Origin: a virus
Lineage: Duplodnaviria > Heunggongvirae > Uroviricota > Caudoviricetes
Direction: 5' to 3' (one strand)
Length of the DNA: 64,000 nucleotides
IMG/VR virus record: IMGVR_UViG_3300032312_000788
Coordinates: 10,986 to 74,985 of that record
Under the pieces are notes generated by a model. That model ran no database searches. It was not told where the DNA came from and saw only the letters and a program-made list of their open reading frames with translations. The position numbers and the translations under genes are program-made. Shown piece by piece: positions 1 to 10,201 of the stretch; position 1 is the stretch's first letter; every line of letters starts with the position of its first letter.

Positions 1-405
1 GCAGATGTTGATAATAAAAAGGGTTATCATATTTTAGATGTAGAATCGGGAGATTTGGAGTTTTTTGAGAATACCGTTTCTCCAAAATTCAAGAAATTCA
101 ATCTCTCAAAAATCAAATCAATAACGGGAGACGATATTAAAAATAACTTTGTTAAAGTGGTAGTGGATTTAGATGTGGATGACACCAAACTGGACAAATT
201 TCGAGTATATCTGAACAAATTCTCCCCATATAGGTTGATTATTGAACACAATGTTGTAAAATCAACTATCGATAGCGTTGAGGAGATTGACGCAATCAAT
301 ATTGTAGATATGATGGATGAGTTTGTGGTGCAGTTGAAGCTGGAGGAGTCACAAAATTCACGGGTCGAGAAAATTATTTCAGAATTATATGAACGTAATA
401 AATAA
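1..405 (+). CDS. gp47: Recombination endonuclease subunit (Mre11/SbcD-like), C-terminal part; 5' truncated by window edge
   Basis: Frame 1 is open from base 1 (ADVDNKKGYHILDVESGDLEFFEN...), resembling the gp47 C-terminal KGxHIxD..LEFxEN segment; lies just upstream of gp46 as in T4-like phages. Confidence 0.8.
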   Translation, partial: ADVDNKKGYHILDVESGDLEFFENTVSPKFKKFNLSKIKSITGDDIKNNFVKVVVDLDVDDTKLDKFRVYLNKFSPYRLIIEHNVVKSTIDSVEEIDAINIVDMMDEFVVQLKLEESQNSRVEKIISELYERNK

Positions 406-754
406 AAGTATTTTAAAATATTTTCCAAAATACGGGGATTATTTTGGGAATGTGTTGATGATGGGGTATGAGAATCTTGGACTCGAATTCTCGACATTTG
501 ACGAGAACGAATGGTCATATAAAAAGAAACTATCATATGCTGCGAGAAATTATTATTGGAGATATCGTATCACGGTGGAGGAAGCATTGGTTGAGGTCAA
601 GTTGGAATGTTCCGACGAAAATATTATAGCGATGGGAAAACTTATAAAAGAATACTTTGGAGAGGATTGTTACTTTCATTTTATAATGAAAGGCCGAGAT
701 AAGTTTTATCATTGTGAACAACGTCAAGAGAAGGATAATAAACGAAGTGAATAA
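389..754 (+). CDS. Hypothetical protein
   Basis: 121 aa ORF overlapping both neighbours on the same strand; no recognisable motif. Confidence 0.55.
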   Translation: MNVINKSILKYFPKYGDYFGNVLMMGYENLGLEFSTFDENEWSYKKKLSYAARNYYWRYRITVEEALVEVKLECSDENIIAMGKLIKEYFGEDCYFHFIMKGRDKFYHCEQRQEKDNKRSE

Positions 755-980
755 TATGAATATTAAATATGGTATAGTTGTATGTTTTCCAGATAAACCA
801 CACGAAATAATTCATTTTTGTGGGTATGAAGAACCACCCAAAATGAATGATGTAAAATCGCTGACAATTGAATTGATGACAGATGAAGAATTCAGTCCAA
901 TCGGTGATTATATGAGTGAATTGATTTTTAGAAAAGCTACTTTAGATGAGGTGAAATGGGCCAATGACGGGACACAATGA
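714..980 (+). CDS. Hypothetical protein
   Basis: 88 aa ORF; stop overlaps gp46 start (ATGA at 977-980). Confidence 0.6.
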   Translation: MNNVKRRIINEVNNMNIKYGIVVCFPDKPHEIIHFCGYEEPPKMNDVKSLTIELMTDEEFSPIGDYMSELIFRKATLDEVKWANDGTQ

Positions 981-2776
981 AAAAAATAATTTATAAAAAT
1001 CTCAAAATTAAAGACTTCTTGAGTGTTGGGAAGGATGCAATACAAATTAATTTTAAAAAAGGTCTAAATCAAATTGATGGTATCAATTCCGATGTCCCAG
1101 ATCGGAAAAATGGTGTTGGGAAGAGTGTAATTTGTTCAAGTTTCTTCTTCGCATTATTCGGAGAAACTATCAACAAAATCAAATCAGATTTTGTGGTAAA
1201 TAATGTCACTAAAGGAAAGGGTTTAATTGAACTAGAATTCGATGTTGAAACGTCTTTAGGAACCAAGTCATATAAAATCAAACGACAAGTAAAACCATCT
1301 AAGGTCGAATTGTGGGAAGGTGTTACTGATATTACAAAATCCACAATCGCGGAAACAAACAAGTATATCTGTGATCTCCTATCAACTAATCCAGCTATTC
1401 ATAGGTGTTGTGATGTGATGACTGTTCGGGACACCACTCCATTCATGGAAATGGACGCAAAAGATAAAAAGGCTTTTATTGAGAGTATTTTTTCCATTGA
1501 TGTTTTTGGAGTCATGTTGAAGGATCTGAAAAAAATGATCACGGAAGCTAAAAAAGATAAAGATGTTTCATCTGCTAAAGTTTCTGAAATTGAAAGAAGT
1601 CTAAAATCTTTAATTGACCAGAAAGAGATTATCAAAAAACAAATCGAAGAAAGAGATGAGATTCTACAGAAGAGGAGAGATGATCTAGATGTTAGAATAC
1701 AATGTGCCACAGATGAAATCGAGACATATCAATTAGTGGACCTAACTAAAGTCGAGTCCAATTTGAAAAAGTTGGAATCAGCAATCTACGACATAGACTC
1801 TAAAATTGGTGAATGTCATATGTCGATAACAACTAATAAGCATTTTATTGGTGGTATTAAAGATAAATTGAAGAACATGTCGGATATTAAATCAGGTGTC
1901 AAATGCGAAAAATGTCTTCAGGATATTGATCATACTCACACTGAGCTTATCGAAGCGGAAAAGGAATCTGCGAATATTTTCTTGAAAAATTATGAAGATG
2001 CTCTTGTAGAATTACATAAAGAGTTAGTAAAAAATAGAGAAACCAAAAATAAATTGGTTAGCAAACAGACCCAAATCCAAAGATCCCTAGAAGAAGCTAA
2101 GACAGATATTCTCAAAAAGCAAAATTTGGAGAAAAATTTAGAACAATTATTAGAGTCTAAAAAAGATTTAGATGATGATATGAATATATCTAATTTGTCA
2201 ATTGCTTCTTTTGATGCGAATATTGACTCTACGAGTGAAAGACTTGATGAGGAAAGTGGAAATCTTAGTGAATTGCAGCAGAAATTATCAGATTATGATA
2301 TCTGCAAGTTTATCTTAGGAGAAGAAGGTGTAAAAAGTTTCGTAGTTAAAAAACTACTAGATCTTTTAAACAACACAATTGAAAAGTATTTAATTGATCT
2401 TGGACTAAGTGTTAGAGTTAAGTTTGATGAGTATTTTGAAGAGGTTATTACTTCTGGTGGTAAACTATTTTCTTATAAAAACGCTTCTGGGGCAGAAAAG
2501 AAGTCTCTGGATTTTGCGTGTTGCTTCGCTTTCTCTGATATGAGAAAGAAGATCAATCAAGTTACATCAAATGTAGAATTTTTGGATGAGGCACTTGACT
2601 CAGCGGTGGACTCTGCCGGAATTGACCTTATTCTCAAAGTTATCAAGGACAGAATTGATAAAAATGATACGTGCGTTTATTTGATATCTCACCGTAAGGA
2701 GGTTAAGGATAAAATCGATGGAGAAATAATCATGCTTGAGAAATCTGGAAATATTACTAGGAGAATAACTAAATAA
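977..2776 (+). CDS. gp46: Recombination endonuclease ATPase subunit (Rad50/SbcC-like)
   Basis: Walker A NGVGKS, central coiled coil with zinc hook CEKC, signature ASGAE, Walker B/D-loop FLDEALDSAVD, H-loop ISH. Confidence 0.95.
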   Translation: MKKIIYKNLKIKDFLSVGKDAIQINFKKGLNQIDGINSDVPDRKNGVGKSVICSSFFFALFGETINKIKSDFVVNNVTKGKGLIELEFDVETSLGTKSYKIKRQVKPSKVELWEGVTDITKSTIAETNKYICDLLSTNPAIHRCCDVMTVRDTTPFMEMDAKDKKAFIESIFSIDVFGVMLKDLKKMITEAKKDKDVSSAKVSEIERSLKSLIDQKEIIKKQIEERDEILQKRRDDLDVRIQCATDEIETYQLVDLTKVESNLKKLESAIYDIDSKIGECHMSITTNKHFIGGIKDKLKNMSDIKSGVKCEKCLQDIDHTHTELIEAEKESANIFLKNYEDALVELHKELVKNRETKNKLVSKQTQIQRSLEEAKTDILKKQNLEKNLEQLLESKKDLDDDMNISNLSIASFDANIDSTSERLDEESGNLSELQQKLSDYDICKFILGEEGVKSFVVKKLLDLLNNTIEKYLIDLGLSVRVKFDEYFEEVITSGGKLFSYKNASGAEKKSLDFACCFAFSDMRKKINQVTSNVEFLDEALDSAVDSAGIDLILKVIKDRIDKNDTCVYLISHRKEVKDKIDGEIIMLEKSGNITRRITK

Positions 2777-2783
2777 TGTTATT

Positions 2784-3428
2784 ATGTTATTTTCAGAAGA
2801 GAATCGATTCATTAACAAGCTTTACTCAGATATTTTATTAGAAAATCCAGATACCCTAACAATAGGAGAGAAGTATTATAATTATGATAATCAAAGTTTG
2901 GGGAATATTACTGGTGTAATGAGATCAGACGGTAAATTTGTGATGACAAAAAGTTTACAGGGGCATTATTATTTAGTGGGGGCTATGAGTGATAAATCTT
3001 TAGATAAAATAAATGATTTAATTCATAATTTCTCGTCTGTTGATGAAATATATGTCCCATCTACTAAAAAATGGGAAAAATTTAGGCTGTGGCCAAAATT
3101 CAAAGTTTTTAGTTTTTGGCTTAGACATTATAACCCCGAATATAAGGAAGCTACGGATGCTGTTTTAGCAGCGATTGGCGACACTAACCATACATATAAA
3201 TTTGATCTTAATTTGTATGACGACAAATTCATTACATATGACGAATTAATGAATAGACCTTTATCTGATGAAGAAAAGGCAGAAATAGCTGCTGACGAAA
3301 GACGAAAAGCTGAAGATCAACGAAGATTAGCAGATGCTATGCTGGGCAATAATCGAAGACAATCGATAGATTATGATGATATTTTACCTCAGAGAAAACC
3401 TGCTTGGATGTCTAGAGATGGGGATTGA
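2784..3428 (+). CDS. Hypothetical protein, probable head-internal protein
   Basis: N-terminus ...NKLYSDILLE|N resembles a capsid-targeting/cleavage leader; TAAATA at 2770-2775 (8 nt upstream, atypical spacing). Confidence 0.6.
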   Translation: MLFSEENRFINKLYSDILLENPDTLTIGEKYYNYDNQSLGNITGVMRSDGKFVMTKSLQGHYYLVGAMSDKSLDKINDLIHNFSSVDEIYVPSTKKWEKFRLWPKFKVFSFWLRHYNPEYKEATDAVLAAIGDTNHTYKFDLNLYDDKFITYDELMNRPLSDEEKAEIAADERRKAEDQRRLADAMLGNNRRQSIDYDDILPQRKPAWMSRDGD

Positions 3429-3457
3429 CAATATAAAATCGATATTTAAATATCGGT

Positions 3458-4651
3458 ATGTTTCTAAATTCTAGTCCATTTGTAAGCCCATTTCCAGCAT
3501 CACCTTTCCAAAATATCAATAAATCAGTTGTCCAAGAAGAACAGCCAAAAGAGAATAGGTATTTGAATTTTTTGGCGGGGCGTGATGGTTGCGCGAGCTA
3601 CCGTCGCGGATTCTTAGAAAACCATATAAATCTTACAGGATTGGGTGATTCCATGTCTATGACAAAAATGATTTTAGATAAATCATTTTATAGAGATATC
3701 AGAACAATTACTCTACAGAGGCAAGCATCAGATCATCAAAAAGAATTTATGAAATTCTTGAAATCCATTCAACCAGAAATGGGATTCAAGTTAATTTACG
3801 AAGTCGATGATGTTGTTTTCAGAGAAGAAATTCCTGATTATAATGCTTCTAAATTTGGATTCGATGATGATAATATTCGTCAAAATTGTATTGAAATGAT
3901 CAATATGGTAGATGAAGTCACGGTCACGTGTAAGTTCATGCGTGACTTATACGTAGAAAAGACTGGTAAAAAGGAGATTACAGCGGTTCCGAATTTCATG
4001 CCTTATTGGTGGATTGGTCATCAGTATGATTATAGAAAAATTTGTGATAATTTCGAAAAATACAAAAGAAAACCAAGAATAGTGTATGCTGGATCTGGTG
4101 CTCATTTTGATATGAAAAATAAGGTTGGTCAACAGGATGACTTTTCGCATGTTCTAAAATTCATTATTGATAATCGACACAAGTATCAGTTTGTCTTTAT
4201 TGGTGCTTATCCACCTCCTTTACAGCCTTATGTGGTGGCACGTGAGATCGAGTTCCATCCATGGAAAAGTCTTCTAGAATATCCCACATTCTTAGCTTCT
4301 TTAAATGCTCAATTGTTTATCGCTCCCCTACAAGATAATAATTTCAATAAGGCTAAATCCGATATTAAATTCATCGAAGCTGCCCAATTGGGAATTCCTT
4401 GTTTGTGTCAGGATTTGGTGACTTATTCTAGTGCTCCAGATTTCCTAAGATTTACAACTGCTGAAGATTTAGAGGATAAAATTCAAAAACTTCTTAAGAA
4501 TAAAGCTGGATATTATCGTCTGGTCGATGATCTTAGAAAAGTTGGATCATCTAGATTCCTAGAGCTTGAACCAAATGTTGGTAGTTTCATGGAAGCTTTG
4601 AATACAGAATACGGTTCAAGGGATCGAAAATTCCTGAAAATGTGGAATTGA
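3458..4651 (+). CDS. GT-B fold glycosyltransferase (GT4-like)
   Basis: IYEVDD, VTVTCxFM, PRIVYAGS and C-terminal APLxDNxFNxAKSDIKFIEAAxxGIPC nucleotide-sugar-binding signature. Confidence 0.85.
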   Translation: MFLNSSPFVSPFPASPFQNINKSVVQEEQPKENRYLNFLAGRDGCASYRRGFLENHINLTGLGDSMSMTKMILDKSFYRDIRTITLQRQASDHQKEFMKFLKSIQPEMGFKLIYEVDDVVFREEIPDYNASKFGFDDDNIRQNCIEMINMVDEVTVTCKFMRDLYVEKTGKKEITAVPNFMPYWWIGHQYDYRKICDNFEKYKRKPRIVYAGSGAHFDMKNKVGQQDDFSHVLKFIIDNRHKYQFVFIGAYPPPLQPYVVAREIEFHPWKSLLEYPTFLASLNAQLFIAPLQDNNFNKAKSDIKFIEAAQLGIPCLCQDLVTYSSAPDFLRFTTAEDLEDKIQKLLKNKAGYYRLVDDLRKVGSSRFLELEPNVGSFMEALNTEYGSRDRKFLKMWN

Positions 4652-4675
4652 CTTTCGGTGAATAACTGATACAGT
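4648..4675 (+). promoter_or_regulatory. Sigma70-type early promoter of gp43
   Basis: TTGACT-N16-TACAGT with TG at the extended -10 position; GTG start 6 nt downstream. Confidence 0.65.
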
Positions 4676-4681
4676 CGAATT

Positions 4682-7225
4682 GTGTATAGAAACTGTGTAT
4701 ATTCAAACAGAGATCGAATGATCCACCTTTTCACTTGGGATGCCTATGGAAATAGGGTAAAACAAGAAATACCATACAAGCCATATATTATGCTTGAGGA
4801 TAAAAGTGGTGCTTTTAAAAGCATCTATGGAACGTTCCTTAAAAAGAGGGAGTTTGAAACTCAGTATGATAGGGGTAAATTCGTCAAAGAGTCTGGAGTT
4901 AAAAGATTTTTTGGAAATCTACCAGCATATCAGCAGTTTTTAATTGATGAATATTATAGAGATTCTGAGAAAGAGGAATTTTCACAATATCCTTTAAAGG
5001 TTTGTTTTGTGGATATCGAATGCCCAAGTAATCCAAATATTTCTGGGGGCGTTTTTCCAGAACCCTCACTTGCAGAGCAAGTCATAAATCTCATAGTTTG
5101 TTATGATTCACTGACAAAACGAAAAACAATTTTTGGATTAAAAAAATTTACGCCCGACGACGATGTAACAGATTATTATCATTGTAAATCAGAGCATGAT
5201 TTATTGAAGAGATTCATTGGACATATTTCATCGGATTATCCCGATGTTCTCTGTGGTTACAATTCAAATAACTTTGATATCCCATACTTGATTAATCGAA
5301 TTACTTTTGAATTGGGGAAAGACTGGGCTGATGAATTGTCCCCAATTGGAAGAATTTATGAAAAGGTTAATCCAAATGGCAAATTTGGTCAATCGTCCAC
5401 CGAATATGTTATCGAAGGAATGTCTTGTTTGGATTACTATGTCATGTATCAAAAATTCAATATGACAAAACAAGAATCCTATAAATTGGATTATATTGGA
5501 GAAGTTGAAGTTGGTGTCAATAAGGTAGAATACAAAGGAACGCTTTGGGAGTTGGCCAGAGACGATTGGGGAACTTTTGTTTCTTATTGTATTAGAGACG
5601 TAGATCTCTTGGTGAAACTGGATGAAAAATTGGATTATATTTCCTTATTGAGATTCTTGGCATATACGGGATTGTGTAGTTTGGAAAATGCTATTAAAAC
5701 AGTTCCGTGTATGAATGGCGCGATTGCAATTAAAGCAAGAGAACGCGGAGAATGCATTCCAACATTTGATAAACCCGTTACGGCTTATAAAGCTCCCGGT
5801 GGATATGTATCTGATCCGAAAATTGGGTTCACAGAAAACATAGTATCGTTTGACGCCAATTCTCTATACCCATCGGTGATGATTTCTTTAAATCTTTCAC
5901 CAGAAACTAAAATAGGAAAGGTTGAAAAGGTTGGAGAATTGATTAATATTCACCATGTATCGGGTAGAACGTTTGAATTGACTCCTGAAAAATTTGCCAT
6001 TTTCTTAAAAGAAGAAAAGGCGGCACTATCAAAATCAGGACATTTATTTTCACAAAAGAAGAAGGGTATCGTTCCAGAGTTCTTAGATAATCTTTACACA
6101 AAACGTAAAGAGATGAAAGAAAAGATGTTGGAGGCAAAACGAGCGGGAAATAAAGAAGCAGCAAATAAGTTTGACACCATCCAATATGCATATAAAATTC
6201 ACTTGAATAGTTTATATGGATACATGCTCAATAAGTATGCCCCCATGGGAGATGAGGATATTGGAACATCAGTCACGTTGACAGGACAAGCGGCAATTAA
6301 GCAATCTGTTGAAATTTTTTATGACTTTATGCGTAAAAAAATACCAAACGTGAATGAAGAGTTATTGCAACAAAGTTACATATACTCTGACACGGATTCT
6401 CAATATTTGTCGTTATTTTGGGTGGATAAAATTGGAATCGAGTTTAAAACAGACGGTAAAATATCTTCAGAATTTTATACATTGTGTGATGAAATAGAAA
6501 AGCACATCAATGATGGTATGACGATATGGGCCAAGAAAAATTTAAGAAGTGATGATTCTAGGTTTGTCTTCAAAAGAGAATCCATTTGTGACTCTGGAAT
6601 TTTTATTGGTAAAAAATACTATGTATTACACATTTTAGACGATGAGGGGGTTCTGGTCAACAAGTTTAAATATAAGGGGGTGGATGTTGTTAAAACCACG
6701 ATGCCCAAAGTGGTCAAACCATATGTTAAAAAGGTTATTGAACACATGATTCTATCAAAGTCCTTGCAAGAAACCAATAATTTATTCAATGAAGCATACG
6801 AAATCTTTAAAACATTACCCGCTGAAAGTATTTCTAAAATTAGTGGTATGAATAATTATGAGCAATATTCTAAAAAATGTAGTGGATTGAATGTTGCGAA
6901 GGGAGTCCCGTCGAATGTAAAATCGGCATATCACCACGATTATATTGTCAAAACTTTGAATTTAGAGGCAAAATACGACAAGTTTAAATCTGGAGACAAG
7001 GTTCGAAGTGTGTATGTAAAAACACCCAATAAATATAACATCTCAAATATAGGATTTAAAGAAAATTACCCAGAGGAATTTTTGGAAATATTCATGGTTG
7101 ACTATGAAAAAATGTTTGATAAGATGTTTTTTGCTGCTATTGAAAGGTTTTACAACGCAGTAAATTGGACATTACGAAAACCAAACGAAAATGTTAGAGT
7201 AGAATTGGAGGAATTTCTCAGTTAA
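4682..7225 (+). CDS. gp43: Family B DNA polymerase
   Basis: ExoI DIE, ExoII GYNSNNFD, motif A SFDANSLYPS, motif B KIHLNSLYG, motif C YSDTDS; GTG start; no intein-sized insertion. Confidence 0.97.
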   Translation: MYRNCVYSNRDRMIHLFTWDAYGNRVKQEIPYKPYIMLEDKSGAFKSIYGTFLKKREFETQYDRGKFVKESGVKRFFGNLPAYQQFLIDEYYRDSEKEEFSQYPLKVCFVDIECPSNPNISGGVFPEPSLAEQVINLIVCYDSLTKRKTIFGLKKFTPDDDVTDYYHCKSEHDLLKRFIGHISSDYPDVLCGYNSNNFDIPYLINRITFELGKDWADELSPIGRIYEKVNPNGKFGQSSTEYVIEGMSCLDYYVMYQKFNMTKQESYKLDYIGEVEVGVNKVEYKGTLWELARDDWGTFVSYCIRDVDLLVKLDEKLDYISLLRFLAYTGLCSLENAIKTVPCMNGAIAIKARERGECIPTFDKPVTAYKAPGGYVSDPKIGFTENIVSFDANSLYPSVMISLNLSPETKIGKVEKVGELINIHHVSGRTFELTPEKFAIFLKEEKAALSKSGHLFSQKKKGIVPEFLDNLYTKRKEMKEKMLEAKRAGNKEAANKFDTIQYAYKIHLNSLYGYMLNKYAPMGDEDIGTSVTLTGQAAIKQSVEIFYDFMRKKIPNVNEELLQQSYIYSDTDSQYLSLFWVDKIGIEFKTDGKISSEFYTLCDEIEKHINDGMTIWAKKNLRSDDSRFVFKRESICDSGIFIGKKYYVLHILDDEGVLVNKFKYKGVDVVKTTMPKVVKPYVKKVIEHMILSKSLQETNNLFNEAYEIFKTLPAESISKISGMNNYEQYSKKCSGLNVAKGVPSNVKSAYHHDYIVKTLNLEAKYDKFKSGDKVRSVYVKTPNKYNISNIGFKENYPEEFLEIFMVDYEKMFDKMFFAAIERFYNAVNWTLRKPNENVRVELEEFLS

Positions 7226-7230
7226 AAATT

Positions 7231-7479
7231 ATGACAATTAATGAAGCTTATATTCGAGGTCTTGACGATAGCGAGGCTATTACTATCAAAATATTAACTC
7301 AGTTGATATACGATCAGCCATTAGATTCTTACAATAATCCAGAATTAGAGAAATTGAAAAACGCTCTCAGGATTCAACTGGATTACATCAATGGATTGGC
7401 TAATAATAAAAAGAGCAATGTAGGCAAATACGCTAAAAAAGAACTTGATAATTCAAGAGTATTACTTGACTCTCAGTAA
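7231..7479 (+). CDS. Hypothetical protein
   Basis: 82 aa ORF between gp43 and the endonuclease cassette. Confidence 0.55.
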   Translation: MTINEAYIRGLDDSEAITIKILTQLIYDQPLDSYNNPELEKLKNALRIQLDYINGLANNKKSNVGKYAKKELDNSRVLLDSQ

Positions 7480-7493
7480 TAATGTGCTAAATT
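7466..7493 (+). promoter_or_regulatory. Sigma70-type early promoter
   Basis: TTGACT-N16-TAAATT with TG; ATG 7 nt downstream. Confidence 0.7.
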
Positions 7494-7500
7494 TAGGTGT

Positions 7501-7536
7501 ATGACAAACAAGCACGTTCGTTGGCTAAATATATAA
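7501..7536 (+). pseudogene. 11-codon remnant (MTNKHVRWLNI) resembling the N-terminus of the gene at 8429
   Basis: ATG 7 nt after a TTGACT-N16-TAAATT promoter; shares ACAAGCACGT (7508-7517 = 8442-8451) and KHV with MENKDKHV at 8429; its TAA abuts the endonuclease ATG. Confidence 0.55.
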
Positions 7537-8397
7537 ATGGAACCAAACATGAACAAGGCGGGAGTCTATAAATTGGAGTGTATTAATAACGGAAAAGTTT
7601 ATATAGGAAAGACTATGAATTTTTCGAGGAGACTTCGAGATCATAAAAATTCGAAGCGTAAAGATCGATTACAAAATGCTATAAGAAAGTATGGGTGGGA
7701 TTCGTTCAGTGTCGAAATATTGGAGATTGTTGAGAATTTTAATAAATTGGAAGATAATGACTATCTTTTGATGAGGGAAGCATATTATATAGAAAGATTT
7801 GATGCTACTAATGTGGATAAAGGATATAACATGTGTAAATATTCCACCGACAGAACTGGAATTCCTCTCTCTGAGCAACACAAAGAAAAACTCAGACAAT
7901 CAAATTTTAACAGAGGTAAAAAACTTTCTGAAGAAATTAGAGAGAAAATGAGAGGTAGAAAAGTATCAGAAGAAACTAAAGAGAAATTAAGAAAACCAAA
8001 ATCTGAAGAAGCTAAACTAAATATGCGAAAGGCTCATTTGGGTAAAAAAAGAAAACCATTTTCTGAAGAACATAAAGAAAAACTAAGACAAGCTAGCTTG
8101 AGAAGATTAAGGAATTATTCACACTCTGAAGAAACTATAGAAAAAATTAGACAGTTGCATTTGGGAACTAGTCGTTCTGAGGAAACAAAAAACAAAATGA
8201 GTTTGGCTAGTTTAGGAAAACCCAAAACTGAGGAACACAGGGAAAAAATCAGAAAAGCGAATTTGGGTAAAAAACATTCAGACGAGTCAAAGGCAAAAAT
8301 GAGCAAATCTAAGATTGGGAAAAAAATGTCTGATGATCATAAAGAGAAAATTAGACAGGCGCATCTTAAGAGAAGAATTAGTAGAGAAAGTTATTGA
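7537..8397 (+). mobile_element. Free-standing GIY-YIG homing endonuclease with about 10 NUMOD3 repeats
   Basis: GVY-(X10)-YIG, R..H, NAIRKYG, E...I and GYN core, then ten (S/T)(E/D)xx(K/R/I)xx(L/M/I) repeats; own TAAATA box at 7526-7531. Confidence 0.93.
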
Positions 8398-8428
8398 CAT
8401 TGGAATAATATATAATACATATAGTTGT

Positions 8429-8779
8429 ATGGAAAATAAAGACAAGCACGTAGCAATCATCGACCATGTGGGTCGAAATATTATCGGAAAATTGGTTGAA
8501 GAAACCGACACGACTCTCAAGGTGGAGAATCCAGTAATCCTCCATGTCCAACCACAACAAAATGGACAATTAGAAGTTCAGACATTTCCAGTATTCTTTT
8601 TTGAGTTTATCGATAAAAATAATCGGGATAAGAATGCGTGGACTTACACGAAGTCAAATATCGTAACTAGTAATGTAGTTCTGGATGAACGTATTCTTTC
8701 TCAATATGAGAAGATCAATACTCCACCAGATGAACCAAAGCAATCGTCTCCTAAAGTTATTTCAATTGATGACCTGTGA
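8429..8779 (+). CDS. Small beta-rich protein, possibly Sm-like fold; start revised from 8315
   Basis: ATG 35 nt after TTGACA (8394), the spacing seen at other promoters; pattern IIDxxGRNIIGKLV..TLKVENPVIL suggests an Sm-like barrel (inference). Confidence 0.6.
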   Translation: MENKDKHVAIIDHVGRNIIGKLVEETDTTLKVENPVILHVQPQQNGQLEVQTFPVFFFEFIDKNNRDKNAWTYTKSNIVTSNVVLDERILSQYEKINTPPDEPKQSSPKVISIDDL

Positions 8780-8994
8780 AGAATATATCAGATGATCATA
8801 TCAACGAAATGATCTTGAAGATGCTGGATTTGAGGAAAAAGGCACCGACTCAAGAGATAAGAGAGCATTGCGATTTAATAATTATGAAATATCAAAAAGT
8901 TCTTTTAGAACTTATTGGAAAAATTGATGTGACAGATTTGGATTTAGAAGATAATAGATTTAATATACCCAAGAAGAAAAATAATCATGGATAG
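8776..8994 (+). CDS. Hypothetical protein
   Basis: 72 aa; GTGA overlap with the upstream stop and 8 nt overlap with uvsX. Confidence 0.55.
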   Translation: MKNISDDHINEMILKMLDLRKKAPTQEIREHCDLIIMKYQKVLLELIGKIDVTDLDLEDNRFNIPKKKNNHG

Positions 8995-10201
8995 AGATAT
9001 TTTAGCGGCATTGGCCGAAATCGATAGTGTTAATCCCTACGCTACATTTTTAAACGAATCCACCTTATCGGAAGTTGATGAGTGGATTGATACTGGAAAC
9101 TATGCCTTAAATGCCATTATTTCTGGATCATTGTTTGGTGGGATACCGAAGGGTAGAATTGTGCAATTTGCTGGTCCGAGTATGACAGCAAAAAGTTATT
9201 TCATTCTTCAAATTCTAGCAAATGCCCAAAAAATGGGTATGACTGTTGTAGTTTTTGATAGCGAAAATGCTATCAATAGAGAGACAGCAATTGCTTTTGG
9301 GTTAGATCCATCAAAAGTTAAGTATGTAACATCCGTCACGGTAGAGCAGACTAAAAATGCTATCTACAAATTCTTGAAGGGTGTCAAAGAAAAGGGTCTT
9401 GAGGGCAAATTCATCATCGCTATTGACTCCTTAGCTAACCTACAATCAGAAATGGACCTAACTCGAATGGAGAAAGAATCTGTATCTGCTGACATGGGTA
9501 GTAAGGCGAAGGCTGTTAAGGCATTATTGACGACATGCACAAACATGTCTACCCTAACCAAAACACCTATCATCTTCAGTAATCACGTATTTGACAACCC
9601 TGCTCAAATGTTCCCATCTATTGAGAATAATATTGCTTGTGGAAAATCATGTATCTATCTTCCATCTGTAACTGTTCAGTTGGCTAGAAAATTAGTCGCT
9701 GATGATGATGGCAAGACGGTCGATTCTAAATTAGCAGTTTCTCAGAAGAAATACTCCGGTATTGTGGTTAGAGCGTTGACAACTAAGAATCGCTTTATGA
9801 AGCAATACTTAGAATGTGAAATGTATTTATCATTCTCAACTGGATTAAACCGTTATTACGGTCTTTTGGAAATCGCTAAGGGAATGGGTGTAATTGAGAA
9901 TAAAGGTGCTGTTTATTACGATTGGGAGGGTGAAAAACTTGGATTCTACAAATCTTGGAGAAATGATAAAGATCTTTGGGATAATAGGATTCTTCCTGAG
10001 TTAGAAAAACGAATTAAGAGAGAATGGTCATATGGTAATCTCAAAGATGTTGATGTTCCCGATGAGGAAGAATCTCTTAATGAGATGGAATCTGTTGTAG
10101 TTGAGGAAGAATCATCAAATCCACTAGATAAACTTAAACAGTTAAAACAAAAGGTTTCAGATAAGTTAGATCACATTGAAGAAACATCATCCGATGACTA
10201 A
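8987..10201 (+). CDS. uvsX: RecA-like recombinase
   Basis: DTGNYALNAIISG, Walker A-like AGPSMTAKS, FDSENA, Walker B IAIDSLANL, NHV; acidic C-terminal tail. Confidence 0.93.
   Translation: MDRDILAALAEIDSVNPYATFLNESTLSEVDEWIDTGNYALNAIISGSLFGGIPKGRIVQFAGPSMTAKSYFILQILANAQKMGMTVVVFDSENAINRETAIAFGLDPSKVKYVTSVTVEQTKNAIYKFLKGVKEKGLEGKFIIAIDSLANLQSEMDLTRMEKESVSADMGSKAKAVKALLTTCTNMSTLTKTPIIFSNHVFDNPAQMFPSIENNIACGKSCIYLPSVTVQLARKLVADDDGKTVDSKLAVSQKKYSGIVVRALTTKNRFMKQYLECEMYLSFSTGLNRYYGLLEIAKGMGVIENKGAVYYDWEGEKLGFYKSWRNDKDLWDNRILPELEKRIKREWSYGNLKDVDVPDEEESLNEMESVVVEEESSNPLDKLKQLKQKVSDKLDHIEETSSDD

Noticed and set aside
7516-7554. I-TevI-style hairpin hiding the endonuclease start (GTTC-G-TTGG ... CCAA-ACAT-GAAC)
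   Set aside because: Only 4+4 bp with an asymmetric bulge and an 18-nt loop; too weak to claim without folding calculation
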